Below are positions 1-11,743 of a DNA stretch of 64,000 nucleotides, in pieces. The stretch is from assembly GCA_963788655.1 (NCBI GenBank), contig CAWBHS010000090.1, positions 133,431 to 197,430 on the forward strand, read 5' to 3'. Source of the stretch: an uncultured Verrucomicrobiae bacterium. Its GTDB lineage: Bacteria > Verrucomicrobiota > Verrucomicrobiia > Limisphaerales > JAFGQR01. The position numbers were made by a program, and so were the translations under genes. Position 1 is the stretch's first letter. Every line of letters begins with the position of its first letter. Under the pieces are notes generated by a model. It ran no database searches and was not told the origin of the DNA. It was given only the letters and a program-made list of their open reading frames with translations.

Positions 1-468
1 GACAGCAACCGGGCTTATGCGGGGCGCAAGCAGGTCGAGTTACAAATGGAAATGCAACCGGACCTGCCGGCAATCCACGCCGACGACGCGCGCTTGGCGC
101 AAGTACTTCACAACCTGGTGGACAACGCGATCAAGTTCGCCAGCGCGGGCGACTGCGTCCGTGTGACCACCAGCGGTAACCAGCAGGCCGTAGCGGTCGA
201 GATCCACGACACTGGCCCCGGTCTTCGCCCCGACGACCTGGAAAAGGTATTCACCAAGAATGCGCGGCTCAGCAACCGGCCTACCGGCGGTGAGCGCAGT
301 ACCGGCCTCGGATTGGCGATCTGCAAAGCCATCGTCGAAGAGCACGGCGGCAGCATCGGCGTGCGCAACAATGCGGAAGGCGGTTGTACGTTTTGGTTTC
401 GGCTGCGGCTGGAACACGCCGAGCAGATCCACATGCCCCAGGTGAAGACCTCCCGTTCGACACCGTAG
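1..468 (+). CDS. Sensor histidine kinase, C-terminal HATPase_c domain (5'-partial)
   Basis: Open frame from base 1; N box LHNLVDNAIKF, G1 DTGPG, G2 STGLGLAICKAIVEEHGG. Confidence 0.9.
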   Translation, partial: DSNRAYAGRKQVELQMEMQPDLPAIHADDARLAQVLHNLVDNAIKFASAGDCVRVTTSGNQQAVAVEIHDTGPGLRPDDLEKVFTKNARLSNRPTGGERSTGLGLAICKAIVEEHGGSIGVRNNAEGGCTFWFRLRLEHAEQIHMPQVKTSRSTP

Positions 469-644
469 GCCGACGACAGCAGGCGCCCGAACAACGCAGC
501 GCTCGCCCAGGTTCCGTCCGGCGCGGCCACGACCGCGAGCAACCCCGGCACGTCGAGTGGCGCCAGCCGGGCGCGTGCTGCGGCCCGACGCTCGCCTGCT
601 AGACTGCAAAGCAACATTGGCAGCCACGCAGAGGAATTTCAGGC

Positions 645-1406
645 ATGATTTTTCGTCAGCTTTTCGAGCCCGTCTCCAGTACTTACACCTATCTGCTCGG
701 CTGTGAAGATACGGGGCAGGCGCTGTTGATCGACCCCGTTCTGCCGAGTTGGCAGCGGGACCTGGAAACCGTGAACGAATTGGGGCTTCGGCTGGCCTAT
801 ACCCTGGATACGCACATCCACGCCGATCACATCACTTCGGCGTCTACCCTGCGCCGGGAAGCCGGCAGCCGCGTCGCCCATCCGGCGATCGACCAACTGG
901 ACTGCGTCGATGTCGGCATCGAGGAAGGTACGCCCTTTGAAATGGGCAGTATTCGACTGGACCCATTATTCACGCCAGGACATACCGACGGCCATCACGC
1001 CTATCGCATCCGCGATCAGCTCAGCGACCGTGTATTCAGCGGCGACGCCTTACTGATCGAAGCCTGTGGTCGCACTGACTTCCAGAATGGCGACGCGCCC
1101 ACGTTATATCGCAGCATTCACGAAAAATTGTTTTCCCTGGCCGACGACGCGTTGGTATTCCCCGCCCACGATTACGAGGGCCGGCATGTGACCAGCATCG
1201 GTCAGGAAAAGAATCGCAACCCGCGTTTGGGCAACAACAAACCCATGGACGAGTTCGTCAAGATCATGGAAGAAATGGACTTGCCCTATCCGAAGTTCAT
1301 CGACCATGCGGTGCCCGGCAACCGTCAATGCGGCGTGTGCCCGCCGGACCTACCGAATCATCTGCTCGAGTATTGCGAAGAATCCGGAGACAGTCGCCAA
1401 GGTTGA
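645..1406 (+). CDS. MBL-fold hydrolase, persulfide dioxygenase (ETHE1/Sdo-like)
   Basis: MIFRQLFEPVSSTYTYLL start, THIHADH, TPGHT, GCGRTDFQ-like ACGRTDFQNGD, PAHDY, EKNRNPRL. Confidence 0.9.
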   Translation: MIFRQLFEPVSSTYTYLLGCEDTGQALLIDPVLPSWQRDLETVNELGLRLAYTLDTHIHADHITSASTLRREAGSRVAHPAIDQLDCVDVGIEEGTPFEMGSIRLDPLFTPGHTDGHHAYRIRDQLSDRVFSGDALLIEACGRTDFQNGDAPTLYRSIHEKLFSLADDALVFPAHDYEGRHVTSIGQEKNRNPRLGNNKPMDEFVKIMEEMDLPYPKFIDHAVPGNRQCGVCPPDLPNHLLEYCEESGDSRQG

Positions 1407-1983
1407 CCGCTGCGGTGGACGCCGGCGTCCCAATCAATCCCGCGGCTTGCCGATCAAATCCCGGGTACCGGCTACCGAAATAGGGCCTGATCTCACGCCG
1501 ACAACGCGACCATGATCGCCAAAAGATTGAGCCCGTCATGCTTGATCGGCAATCTCAGCTCGGTGCCGTGATACAGCGCAGCGAACCCGATGACGCAGCC
1601 CAAAACGAGCAGGAACAGCGATGACTTCCTCGCATACCACGCCACCATAGGAACGCCTCCGTGTATCGCCGATAATCCAACACCGCTGCACGTTCACAAA
1701 CGCACCGATCATAACCCGGCGCAGTCGCGGTACACACCGATGGAGCAGCTTGTGCCGTTTGTTGCGGTGCAATCATGGAATACGCACCGCGCAAACACTT
1801 CGAGTGCGTTGCCGCGTAAGGGCGCGAACCGGAAGTTGCGGACGGAACCGCTATGAACAGGCAAGCGCGCGACGCCCGGAAGCAAGCCGGCGGGCGCGCA
1901 TCAGCCGATGAACGGATGGCTCAGGGAATAAAGAGGGAAAACGCGTGGGCGCCGGTCCGGCGCCCGCGCGCATCAAAAGCCGA

Positions 1984-2907
1984 TTATTGCACCTTGCTCT
2001 GCACCCAGCGGCGCAGGCGGTTGGAATCTCCGAACGGCGTCAGCTTGCCGAAGGAATCCAGAAAGACGATATACAGCGGATGATCGGCGATATCCGCCTG
2101 CATCACCAGGCAACGTCCGGCTTCGTTGATGAAGCCCGTCTTGCTGAGGCCGATGTCCCAGCTGTCGCGGCGCACCAGCCGATTGGTATTGCCGAAACGC
2201 AGCCCGCGACGTCCTTTGAATGGGTGGACGGTCATGAATGCAGTCGTGGTCGCTTCCCGGATCAACGGATATCCTTGCGCGGCCCGTATCATTTTCACCA
2301 GATCCCGCGCTGAAGAAACCGTGGCCGGGTCCAGCCCGGCGGGGCCGGCGAAATGGCTGTCATGCATGCCCAGGGATTGCGCTTTGCGGTTCATGGCGGC
2401 AATGAACGCTTTGCGGCCACCGGGATAAGTGCGCGCCAAGGCCATCGCGGCGCGGTTTTCCGACGCCAACAGCGCCAGCCGAAGCATCTCGTCGCGGGTC
2501 AACGTTGCCCCGTAACGCAGGCGCGAACCGGTCAACTTGATGGTGTCGCGGTCAGCCTTGGTAATCGTAATCCGCTGGTCCAATGGCAGGCCGCTGTCCA
2601 AAACCACCATGGCGGTCATCAATTTGGTGATGGACGCGATCGGGCGTGTCTGATCGTCGTGCTTGGCATAGATCACATTGCCGGAACGATCGACCACCAG
2701 GGCCGCCGCCGAACGTAAATTGAGATCGTCGGGATCCAATGCATCCCAAGGGGTTTCCGCCGCCGCGGCCGCCGGCTCCTGGGCCGACAGTTTGGCAATC
2801 TGGACAGCAGGGCCGTCCGCGAACACGGCCGAGGCGAACAGAACCCATAAAATCAGCAAATGCTTCTTCATTTTCCACAATCCTTTTGCACATGCCGGGC
2901 ATTTCAC
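1984..2907 (-). CDS. pbpG: D-alanyl-D-alanine endopeptidase (PBP7-like, peptidase S11)
   Basis: SxxK (ASITK), SxN (SEN), KTG (KTGFINEAGRCLVM) motifs; signal peptide; start may be about 12 codons downstream. Confidence 0.88.
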   Translation of the reverse strand: MKCPACAKGLWKMKKHLLILWVLFASAVFADGPAVQIAKLSAQEPAAAAAETPWDALDPDDLNLRSAAALVVDRSGNVIYAKHDDQTRPIASITKLMTAMVVLDSGLPLDQRITITKADRDTIKLTGSRLRYGATLTRDEMLRLALLASENRAAMALARTYPGGRKAFIAAMNRKAQSLGMHDSHFAGPAGLDPATVSSARDLVKMIRAAQGYPLIREATTTAFMTVHPFKGRRGLRFGNTNRLVRRDSWDIGLSKTGFINEAGRCLVMQADIADHPLYIVFLDSFGKLTPFGDSNRLRRWVQSKVQ

Positions 2908-3128
2908 ACGTTCCCAGTGCGGATGTAAACTGCTGTGTGCAAACTATTTATCGACCGCCGCAAATTTTCTTGAAGCGCCAAATTCAACGAATGCCTTAAC
3001 CAGTTTTAATGTGTGGCTGAAACCACGGCGCGAGGCTGGGGTGCCTTGCCGCATCGCCCCGCGCTTTACGCTAGCGGACCGCCGGCGCGCGACTTGAGCG
3101 CTCGATGCAAATCCCAGACACTGCGGCA

Positions 3129-3883
3129 ATGCTCACCCTGTCGCAGGTTTCGAAGCGCTACGGCGATACAGACGCCTTGCTACCTATCGATTTGCAGGTT
3201 GCAACCGGCGATACGGTGGTGCTGATCGGACCCAGCGGCTGCGGCAAATCGACATTGCTCCGCCTGGTGGTCGGGCTACTGCAAGCGGATCACGGTCGCA
3301 TCGAGTTCGAGGGCGCCGCCCTCACCCCGCGACAACATCGGCATCGTCCGGCAGCGCATGGGCTACGTGATCCAGGAAGGCGGGCTGTTCCCGCATCTGT
3401 GCGTACAAGACAACGTTACCGTCATGGCGCGTTATCTGCGGCGCGATCCGGAATGGACCGAAGCGCGCCTGCAGGAACTCGCCCGCCTGGTGCAACTACC
3501 CACTGACCTGATGAAACGCTTTCCGGGAGAGTTGTCGGGCGGTCAACGCCAGCGCGTCAGCCTCATGCGCGCATTGATGCTCGACCCTGATCTGCTGTTG
3601 CTGGATGAACCTCTGGGCGCGCTGGACCCCATGATCCGCTATCAATTGCAGCAGGAACTGAAAGCGATTTTCGCGACGCTGGCTAAGACCGTGGTCATGG
3701 TCACCCATGACATCGCCGAGGCCGCGTTCTTCGGCCACACCCTGGTGCTGATGCGGGCAGGCCGCGTCGTGCAAACCGGGATCGCCGCAGGAATTGCTGC
3801 GCAATCCCGCGGAGCCGTTCGTCGAGCAGTTCATTTCCGCGCAACGCGAACCCATGGCTCAACTCGCCAAGGTGCTTGGATGA
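3129..3883 (+). CDS. Osmoprotectant (glycine betaine/choline) ABC transporter ATP-binding subunit, split by frameshifts
   Basis: Walker A GPSGCGKS in ORF 3105-3506; MGYVIQEGGLFPH, LSGGQRQR, LLLLDEP and VTHD in ORF 3358-4011. Confidence 0.85.
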
Positions 3884-5437
3884 ACACCGCGTTGCGGCTA
3901 TCGCGCGGCGCGCTGTTCAAGCATGTCTGTTCTGTTCGGCAACCGCCGTCGCCGCCGCACAGGCAGCGCCGGAAATCACCGTCGGCTCAAAAGTGTTCAC
4001 CGAATCGGTGATACTCGGCGAACTGCTCCGGCAAACCGCGCAGGCCGCCGGCGCCAATGCCGAGCACCGACGCCAACTGGGCGGCACGCGAGTGTTGTGG
4101 AACGCATTGCTGCGCGGCGATATCGACGCCTATCCGGAATACACCGGCACGCTGCTGCAGGAAATCCTGCACGACGACCATCTCGCCACACGCGCAGCGC
4201 TCGAACAGGCGCTGGCGCAAGCGGAACCTGCGGATGACGCAACCGCTCGGATTCAACAATACCTACGCCCTCGGCGTCACCGACGCTCTCGCCGGGAAGC
4301 TCGGCCTGCACACCATCTCGGATCTGCGCGACCATCCGCATCTGGCATTCGGCTTCAGCAACGAATTCATGGATCGCAGCGACGGCTGGGTCGGGCTGCG
4401 CCGGCGCTACCGTCTGCCGCAGCACAGACGTGCGCGGCCTGGACCACGATCTGGCCTACCGCGGCCTGGCTGCAGGCATCACTGGACGTGATCGACCTGT
4501 ACACCACCGACGCTGAGATTCCGTACTACCATCTGCGCGCGCTCGAGGACGACCGGCATTACTTTCCCGCCTACAACGCGGTGATGCTGTACCGCGCCGA
4601 TCTGCAACAGCGCGCGCCGGAAGTCGTCGGCGATGTTCCGGCGCCTGCGCCGGCCAGCATCGACGTCGCGGACCATGCGCGAGATGAACGCGCAGGTGAA
4701 ACTGCGAGCGGCAAAGCGAATCGGCGGTCGCCGCTGCGTTTCTGCACCGGACCATGGGCTGAACGTCGCACCATCGGGCGCGACAGCTGTCTGGCAACGC
4801 ATCTGGCAGCATACCACTATGCAACACCTGGTGCTGGTCGGCATTTCGCTGTCAGCGCGGCAATCGTGCGTGGCGATTCCCCTCGGCATATCTCGCCGCG
4901 CGGCGGCAACGACATCGGTCAGTTGGTGCTCGCAATTGCGGGATGTTGCAGACCATTCCGTCGCTGGCGTTGTTCGTGTTCATGATCCCGTTGCTGGGCA
5001 TCGGCGGTCCGCCGGCGATCGTCGCGCTGTTTCTCTACAGTCTGTTGCCGATCATCCGCAACACCTATGCCGGACTGAAAGACATCCCGCGGGCTATCAT
5101 CGAATCCGCACAGGCGCTGGGACTGCCGTCAGGCGCACGTCTGCGTATCGTTGAATTGCCGCTGGCGACCCGCGCCATCCTTGCCGGCATCAAGACTTCG
5201 GCCGTGATCAATGTCGGCACCGCGACCCTGGGCGCACTGATCGGCGCCGGCGGCTACGGCCAGCCGATCCTCACCGGTATACGCCTCGATGACATCGGCT
5301 TGATCCTGCAAGGGGCGGTGCCGGCGGCAGTGCTGGCGCTGTTGGTCCAGGGCGTGTTCGAACTAATCGAACGCGGCCTGCTTCCGAAAAGTCTGCGCTT
5401 TCGAGCCTCTGAAAGCGCTGGATCCGGCAGCGCGTAA
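3880..5437 (+). CDS. Osmoprotectant ABC transporter, fused substrate-binding/permease protein, several frameshifts
   Basis: [47 protein letters not shown] and EAA-like [10 protein letters not shown] spread over four ORF pieces. Confidence 0.82.
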
Positions 5438-5708
5438 GGTTCACTGTTGATACCGGTTTCACTGCTCGGTCATGTTGTCGATCTCCGGGTCCCGGGCCGA
5501 CGCTTGCCCGATGCGCCCCGACGGCCGCACCCCTTTTAGAAGCGTACGCGGTCCTGCTCGACGGACCATGAAAAAGAAGCGGTGCGTTTGGTTTCTATAC
5601 TGGCACTCGACGCGACCGGCGATGGACAGTGTTCGCAAGGTCGTATTTTGGCAATTACCATACTTGCGGTCTGCAACTAGGTGCCGCACCAGGGAACAGG
5701 AGGTACAC

Positions 5709-6218
5709 ATGAACAAGGAAATCACGTTCGCTCAAAACACTCCGCGTCGGAACGGCGCGATGGGGCGGCTGCATCGGGCCCGGCTACCGGCGCTAGCGGC
5801 AGTGGCCGCGATCGCGACAGCATGCGCGCCGGTGCGCGAACCTCCTCAAGAGGTGGCCACCACTTCGCCGACGGTCAGTTACAACTACAACACCGACGAT
5901 GGCCTGGTGGAGGCGAATACGAAGGCGCGCAGCTATTGCGCTCAGTATTCGGCCACGCCCGGCCTGCAGGGTCCGATTACGACGAATTCGGACGGCACCA
6001 AAACCGTGACCTTCGAATGCATGAAGACCGCCGCCGTGGTAGCGCCGCCCACTGCACCGCCGACAACCGGCTACACGTACCGTTCAGACCGCGAGTTCGT
6101 GCAATCGATACAGTCCGCCGACGCCTATTGCGCCCGATCCGGACAGACTGCGTCGACGCACATCGTCACCAACGGCGACGGCAGCAAAACGGTGACATTC
6201 CAGTGCGTGCCGCGGTAA
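5709..6218 (+). CDS. Predicted lipoprotein with two tandem Cys-containing repeats
   Basis: RBS AGGAGG upstream; hydrophobic stretch ending AIATAC; two copies of Y-x-Y...A..YCA....ITTNxDGxKTVTFxC. Confidence 0.65.
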   Translation: MNKEITFAQNTPRRNGAMGRLHRARLPALAAVAAIATACAPVREPPQEVATTSPTVSYNYNTDDGLVEANTKARSYCAQYSATPGLQGPITTNSDGTKTVTFECMKTAAVVAPPTAPPTTGYTYRSDREFVQSIQSADAYCARSGQTASTHIVTNGDGSKTVTFQCVPR

Positions 6219-6575
6219 TCGGCGGCTTCGTCCGCAGTTGACGTGGCGAAACGAAAATCGTGCGGCCGCGGTTACTTCAGCCGCGGCCGCCGACGTTGCC
6301 ATCGTTGCCCATCCCATCTCTGCGCGACCCGCCAAACCCTTGGCGACGGATCGAACTTCCGCCCGTTTAGCGCCCTGCAAGCGCCAGATCCATCGACCCG
6401 GATAAACCAACCGCTGACCGGGTGCCACTCCATCCCAAAACCCATTCCAGACTTTTTGGAGATTTCTTAACAACCTTAAGGTGTGCCGCTGACGGCGCTG
6501 CTACCATGCAAGGCGTGAGCGATTCTGCATCGCGAACCTGAAGTCCCAACAACATTGCAATATGGAGGAGTCACC

Positions 6576-7208
6576 GTGGGTACCAAAATAAATAAAGCTA
6601 TCCTGTTGTTATGCGGAGCATTCCTGTTCAGTGTCTTCGGATCGGCGGCGCTCGCCGGCGACCATGAACGGGGTGGCAACAACGCATGCCCGGTAGGCCT
6701 GGTTGCAGGGCTTACCCTGGATGAGGAGTTCGGCCCGGGTGCAAGCGACCTGACCCACTGCATCAAACGGCGTCACCACGTGCGGGTGGTGGTTGAAATC
6801 AATCGCGCCTGCCGCAGCGCCACGGCGGACATGGACGCCGACGGCAATTGCGCTGGCGGCCCCGCTGCACTTGGCAACATGGTGAACATGATCAAGGATT
6901 ACGAAATCACCTATGGCATGAAACAAGGACGCGATTACGAGATGGTTGCAGTGGTACACGGTTCAGGCGGGCGGCTGCTGCTGAACAACTTCAAGCCCAA
7001 CGGTTACGTCAGCCAGGTCCAAAGCCTGATGAGCCAGGGCGTCAAGTTTTATTTCTGCCAGAACACCGTGCGCGGATTCATGCACGGCGGCCTGATCGGT
7101 GCGGGTGATGCCGTGAACGAAGTCATTCCCGGCGTCCAGTTCGTCACCGCCGGCTTCACAGCGCTGTCGGACTTCCAAGCCCAGGGCTGGACCCAAGTCA
7201 CACCCTGA
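6576..7208 (+). CDS. DsrE/DsrF-like family protein with N-terminal signal peptide
   Basis: GGAGGAG RBS before GTG; VVHGSG, GVKFYFCQNT and VTAGFTALSDFQAQGW are typical DsrE-like segments. Confidence 0.75.
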   Translation: MGTKINKAILLLCGAFLFSVFGSAALAGDHERGGNNACPVGLVAGLTLDEEFGPGASDLTHCIKRRHHVRVVVEINRACRSATADMDADGNCAGGPAALGNMVNMIKDYEITYGMKQGRDYEMVAVVHGSGGRLLLNNFKPNGYVSQVQSLMSQGVKFYFCQNTVRGFMHGGLIGAGDAVNEVIPGVQFVTAGFTALSDFQAQGWTQVTP

Positions 7209-7224
7209 CGGCTCTTAGACCGTA

Positions 7225-7254
7225 CTGAACCGCCCGCGGCGTCGGGCGGTTCAG
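7225..7254 (+). terminator. GC-rich hairpin after the DsrE-like gene
   Basis: CTGAACCGCCCG-N6-CGGGCGGTTCAG, perfect 12-bp stem; no U tract. Confidence 0.5.
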
Positions 7255-7390
7255 CTAACCTTCCGCGACGTACGTTTCATCCGCACCGATCTCGAGCGAC
7301 ACTGAGGATATGGACTAAGTTGGGTGGAACAGTTGCTGCCCTTCCTCTACCCGCGTAGCATTGATCCTCACATACGGCCAGGGTTTGGCC

Positions 7391-10300
7391 ATGCCAACCA
7401 CCGACAAATCGGTTCCAGAACACATGCTTGTCGGTATCGGAGCATCAGCGGGCGGACTCGAAGCCCTGAAAGAGCTGTTCTCCCACACCCCGCCCGACTG
7501 CGGATTGAGCTTCGTGGTCGTCGTTCATCTGGCGCCCGACCATCCGAGCATGCTGGCGGACGTGCTGCAGCCGTTCTCGACCATGCCGGTCACCCAGATC
7601 AGCGAAGACGTGGCGATTGAACCGGATCATGTCTACGTCATTCCGCCAGGGAGCAATATCTCCACCATCGATAGTCACCTGCGACTTTCCAAGATCGAAG
7701 CGCAGCGCCGCGAACGCGCGCCGGTGGATCACTTTTTCGAGACGCTGGCCCGTAGTCACGGCGAACGCGCGGTCGGCATCGTGCTGTCCGGAACCGGCTC
7801 GGACGGCAGCTACGGAATCAAGAGAATAAAGGAGCAGGCCGGGTTGACGATCGCGCAGGATCCCGATCAAGCGCTGTTCGACGGCATGCCCCGGCACGCG
7901 ATCGCCACGCGTACTGGTGGACTTCGTTCTACCGGTGGCCGAAATGCCGGCGCGAATCGAACGCTTCGGCGGAACGCAGCCGCGCATCGAGATTGACCGC
8001 GCCACAGAGCGAAACGCCTAGCGACCTACAGATCCTGCAACACATCTTCGGAGAAATCCGGCAGCACACGGGCCACGATTTTTCCAAATACAAACGGCCA
8101 CGGTACTCAGACGCATCCGCCGGCGGATGCAGTTGCACCAGAATGAAATCCTCGGAGACTATCTCTCGTTTCTGCGAGCGTATCCGAACGAGGTGCATCT
8201 GCTTGCCGACGAATTCTTGATTACCGTCACGCAATTCTTTCGCGACTCGGATACCTTCGCCTATCTGCAACGGGAGTTGCTACCCAAACTTTTTGTGCAA
8301 AAAACCGCCGCAGACAGGATCCGGGTGTGGTCGGTAGGTTGTGCGACGGGCGAGGAAGCCTACAGCATGGCGATTCTGTTGCTCGAACTGGCGGCTGGAA
8401 ACGCGGACGCACCGCGAATCGAGATTTTCGCGAGCGACCTCCACGAACGCTCCCTCGAACGGGCGCGCGCCGGTCTCTATCCGGATACAATTGAAGCGGT
8501 CGTTTCGCCCGAGCGTCTCCAGAATTTCTTCACCAAAGAAGACAGCAGCTACCGGGTAAGCAAAGAAGTGCGGGAAGTCGTAGTATTCGCAGCGCACAAC
8601 CTGCTGCGCGATCCGCCGTTTTCGCGCATCGACATCATCGTTTGCCGAAACGTGTTGATCTACTTACAGCGCTCGGTCCAGAGCGAGGTAATCGACTTGT
8701 TCCATTATGCGCTCAACCCCGATGGCGTCCTGATGCTGGGTCCGTCGGAGACGGTCGAACGCTCCATGCTGTTTCAGCCCGAAGACAAAAGCCATCGCAT
8801 TTTCCGGCGGCGCAATGTACCACCGCCCGAACCACGTATGCCGGTATTTCCGCAGCTTTCAAGCCGTGTGCCCCAAATTGCAGGTTTTCCTGCGCGCAGC
8901 GAACCAGGCACCAGCTACGGCGCGCTGCACCAAAAGATGGTCGAGCGCTATTCGTTGCCGAGCATATTGGTGGACCAGGATTCCAGGATCGTACACGCCT
9001 CGGAGAGCGCCGGGCGTTACCTGCGGATCTCCGGCGGCGAACCTTCGCCCAACGTGTTCAAGCTCGTGCGCGAAGAGCTGCGCATCGAATTGCGGGCGGC
9101 GCTGCACGCCGCGATCGAACACGGCGAGGACGTCCGCACACCGCCCATGCCCCTTGAAATCGAAGGTAAGCCGGTGCACGTGGCTATCTTCGTGCGCGCG
9201 GCCCGAGGTCAGGATGTCGACGGGTTCACCCTGGTGATTTTCGATGAATTCGCAGCGCCCGAGGCACGCCCGCCCCGGGATTCGACCACAGCGCAGGATC
9301 GCGCGGAGCTCGATCAGACCAAGGACCGGCTACGCAGCGTAATCGAGCAGTACGAAACCTCGCAGGAGGAAATGAAGGTCGCCAACGAGGAGCTGCAATC
9401 GGTAAACGAAGAGCTGCGCTCGACCATGGAGGAACTGGAGACCAGCAAGGAAGAGCTGCAATCCATGAACGAGGAACTGCAGACCGTCAACCAGGAAAAC
9501 CGGCACAAGGTCGAAGAACTGAGCCAGCTCTCCAGCGATCTGCACAATTTGATTGTATCCACCGAGATCGCCACGTTGTTTCTCGACCGCCAGCTGCGCA
9601 TTTTGCGCGTCACACCGCAAGCAAAAAAACTGTTCAACGTGCGTGCCACCGACCGGGGCCGGCCACTTACCGACCTGCACCACCGGCTGCACTATAGCCA
9701 GTTCAAACAAGACGCCGAAACCGTCCTTGAGCAGCTCACGCCCGTCGAACGGGAGGTACGAAGCGACTCGGGTGAATGGTATCTCACCCGCGTTCTCCCC
9801 TATCGCTCCGCCGCCGACCAGATCCAAGGCGTGGTCATCACACTGGTCGAAATCACCAAGCTCAAGCGCACCGAGTTGGCGCTGCGCGATTCCGAGGAGA
9901 GCTTCCGCGCCCTGGTGACGGCTTCGGCGCAGATCGTCTGGTCCACCGACGCCCAAGGCCTTGTTGTGGAAGATTCGCCGTCGTGGCGCGCATACACTGG
10001 CCAGAACTACGGACAATGGCAAGGCACCGGGTGGCTCGATGCCGTGCATCCGGAGGACCGCGACCACGTTCGCGCCCAGTGGCTTGAGGACGTCAAAAAC
10101 GCTTCCTCGTTTCGAGCCGAATTCCGGGTCCAACATATCAGCGGCGAATGGCGTTGGGTGAGCGCCCGCGCGGTACCGTTACGTGACAGCCGCGAACAGA
10201 TCCGCGGCTGGATTGGCATGAATTCCGACATTACGACTCGCAAAGCCGCCGAACTGAAGCTCCGGCAAATGGACCAGCGCAAGGACGAGTTTTTGGCTTT

Positions 10301-11393
10301 GCTCGGTCATGAACTGCGCAATCCGCTCGCCCCGCTGCGCACCGCCGTGGAACTGTTCAAACAACTGTTGCCCCAGGAACCGAAACTGCAACAGATTCGG
10401 GAAATGTGCGAGCGCCAAGTGTCGCATCTCACACGCCTGGTGGACGACTTGCTGGATGTATCGCGGATCAAATCGGGGCGTATCGAATTGAAGTTCGAAC
10501 GTCTCGACTTGCGCGATATCGCGCGCAATGCCATCTCCGAAGTGGAGGCGGTCATCGGTCGGCAACACCATCACTTGAGCGTGGACCATCCTGAAGATGC
10601 GCTTGTGGTCGAAGCCGACGAGACGCGCTTGACCCAGATCATCACCAACTTGCTCGACAATGCCGCCAAGTACACGCCGGCAGGCGGTCACATCGGCTTG
10701 ACCACGTTCCGCGATGGCCCCGATGCCGTGCTGGTGGTCACCGACGACGGCATCGGTATAGCGAGCGAAGCCCGCGCCCATGTGTTCGAGATCTTCAGCC
10801 GCGGCGATCCCGACCCGACGGTCCCGGTGGGCGGATTGGGATTAGGCCTGACTTTGGTACAGCGCCTGACGGCTTCGCACGGCGGTAGCGTCGAAATGGC
10901 GAGCGACGGCGCCGGGTGCGGCAGCAAGTTCACCGTCCGGCTGCCCCTGGCGGAGACGGCGGCTGCGGCGCGCGGTCACGAACACCGGCACAAAGCTCAG
11001 GCATGGTCGATGGCCGCGCAACGGCGCATTCTGGTGGTGGACGACAACCACGACGCCGCCGACAGTCTCTCGCTGGCGCTCGGCTTGGCCGGCCACGAGG
11101 TGCGCAGCGCGTACGATGGGCGCAGCGCGCTTGCGCTGAGCGAAGATTTCCATCCCGATGTCATCGTCCTCGACATCGGCCTGCCGGATATGAGTGGGCA
11201 TGCTTTGGCCCAGTCGCTTCGCCGGCAGACGGCAAGCGCCGACGCCATACTGGTCGCGCTGACCGGATACGGCCAGGGCGCCGATCACGATCGTTCCAAG
11301 CAGGCTGGGATCGATCACCATCTGGTCAAACCCGTCGATCTGGCGGCGCTGCAGGCCATCATCGACACCGCCCCGGCAGGTCCACCGAACTAG
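7391..11393 (+). CDS. CheB-CheR-PAS-HisKA-HATPase-REC hybrid sensor kinase (frameshifts at about 7910-8120)
   Basis: CheB GASAGG and LSGTGSDG; CheR VWSVGCATGEEAYS and CRNVLIY; coiled coil NEELQS; PAS; LGHELRNPL; GLGLGL; receiver VVDD...LDIGLP...KP. Confidence 0.9.
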
Positions 11394-11743
11394 CCGCCCC
11401 CATTCAAGCGCAGCAATGACACCTCAAGCTCCCGTCATGCCGCGAGGGCAAAGCGCGCTCCCGGCTTAGCCCTGCCGGCCATACCCGATGTCGACGCAGG
11501 CCGTTGAAGCGAGAGCCAATTTTCGTCGATCCCCGGGTTGGCGAGGGCCTCACTGGCGCCGCTTTTGCGTTGCTGCGGGAAGCGACTGCGGGCGGCCGCC
11601 GAGGGACGCCAAACCTCGACGCCACCACGAGCCGCGCAGCCACTGGCCGGTTTCAATCCGCTGTCCGCTATGTTCCAATACCGCCTCTTCGCGCGACCCC
11701 GCCCTCGGTCGATCCCTATTACGCAATTTCTCGGTATGTATTC

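Noticed and set aside
11504..11743. 80-aa N-terminal extension of YbiT
   Set aside because: Similarity to YbiT starts at GTG 11744; the extension is an ORF-caller artefact
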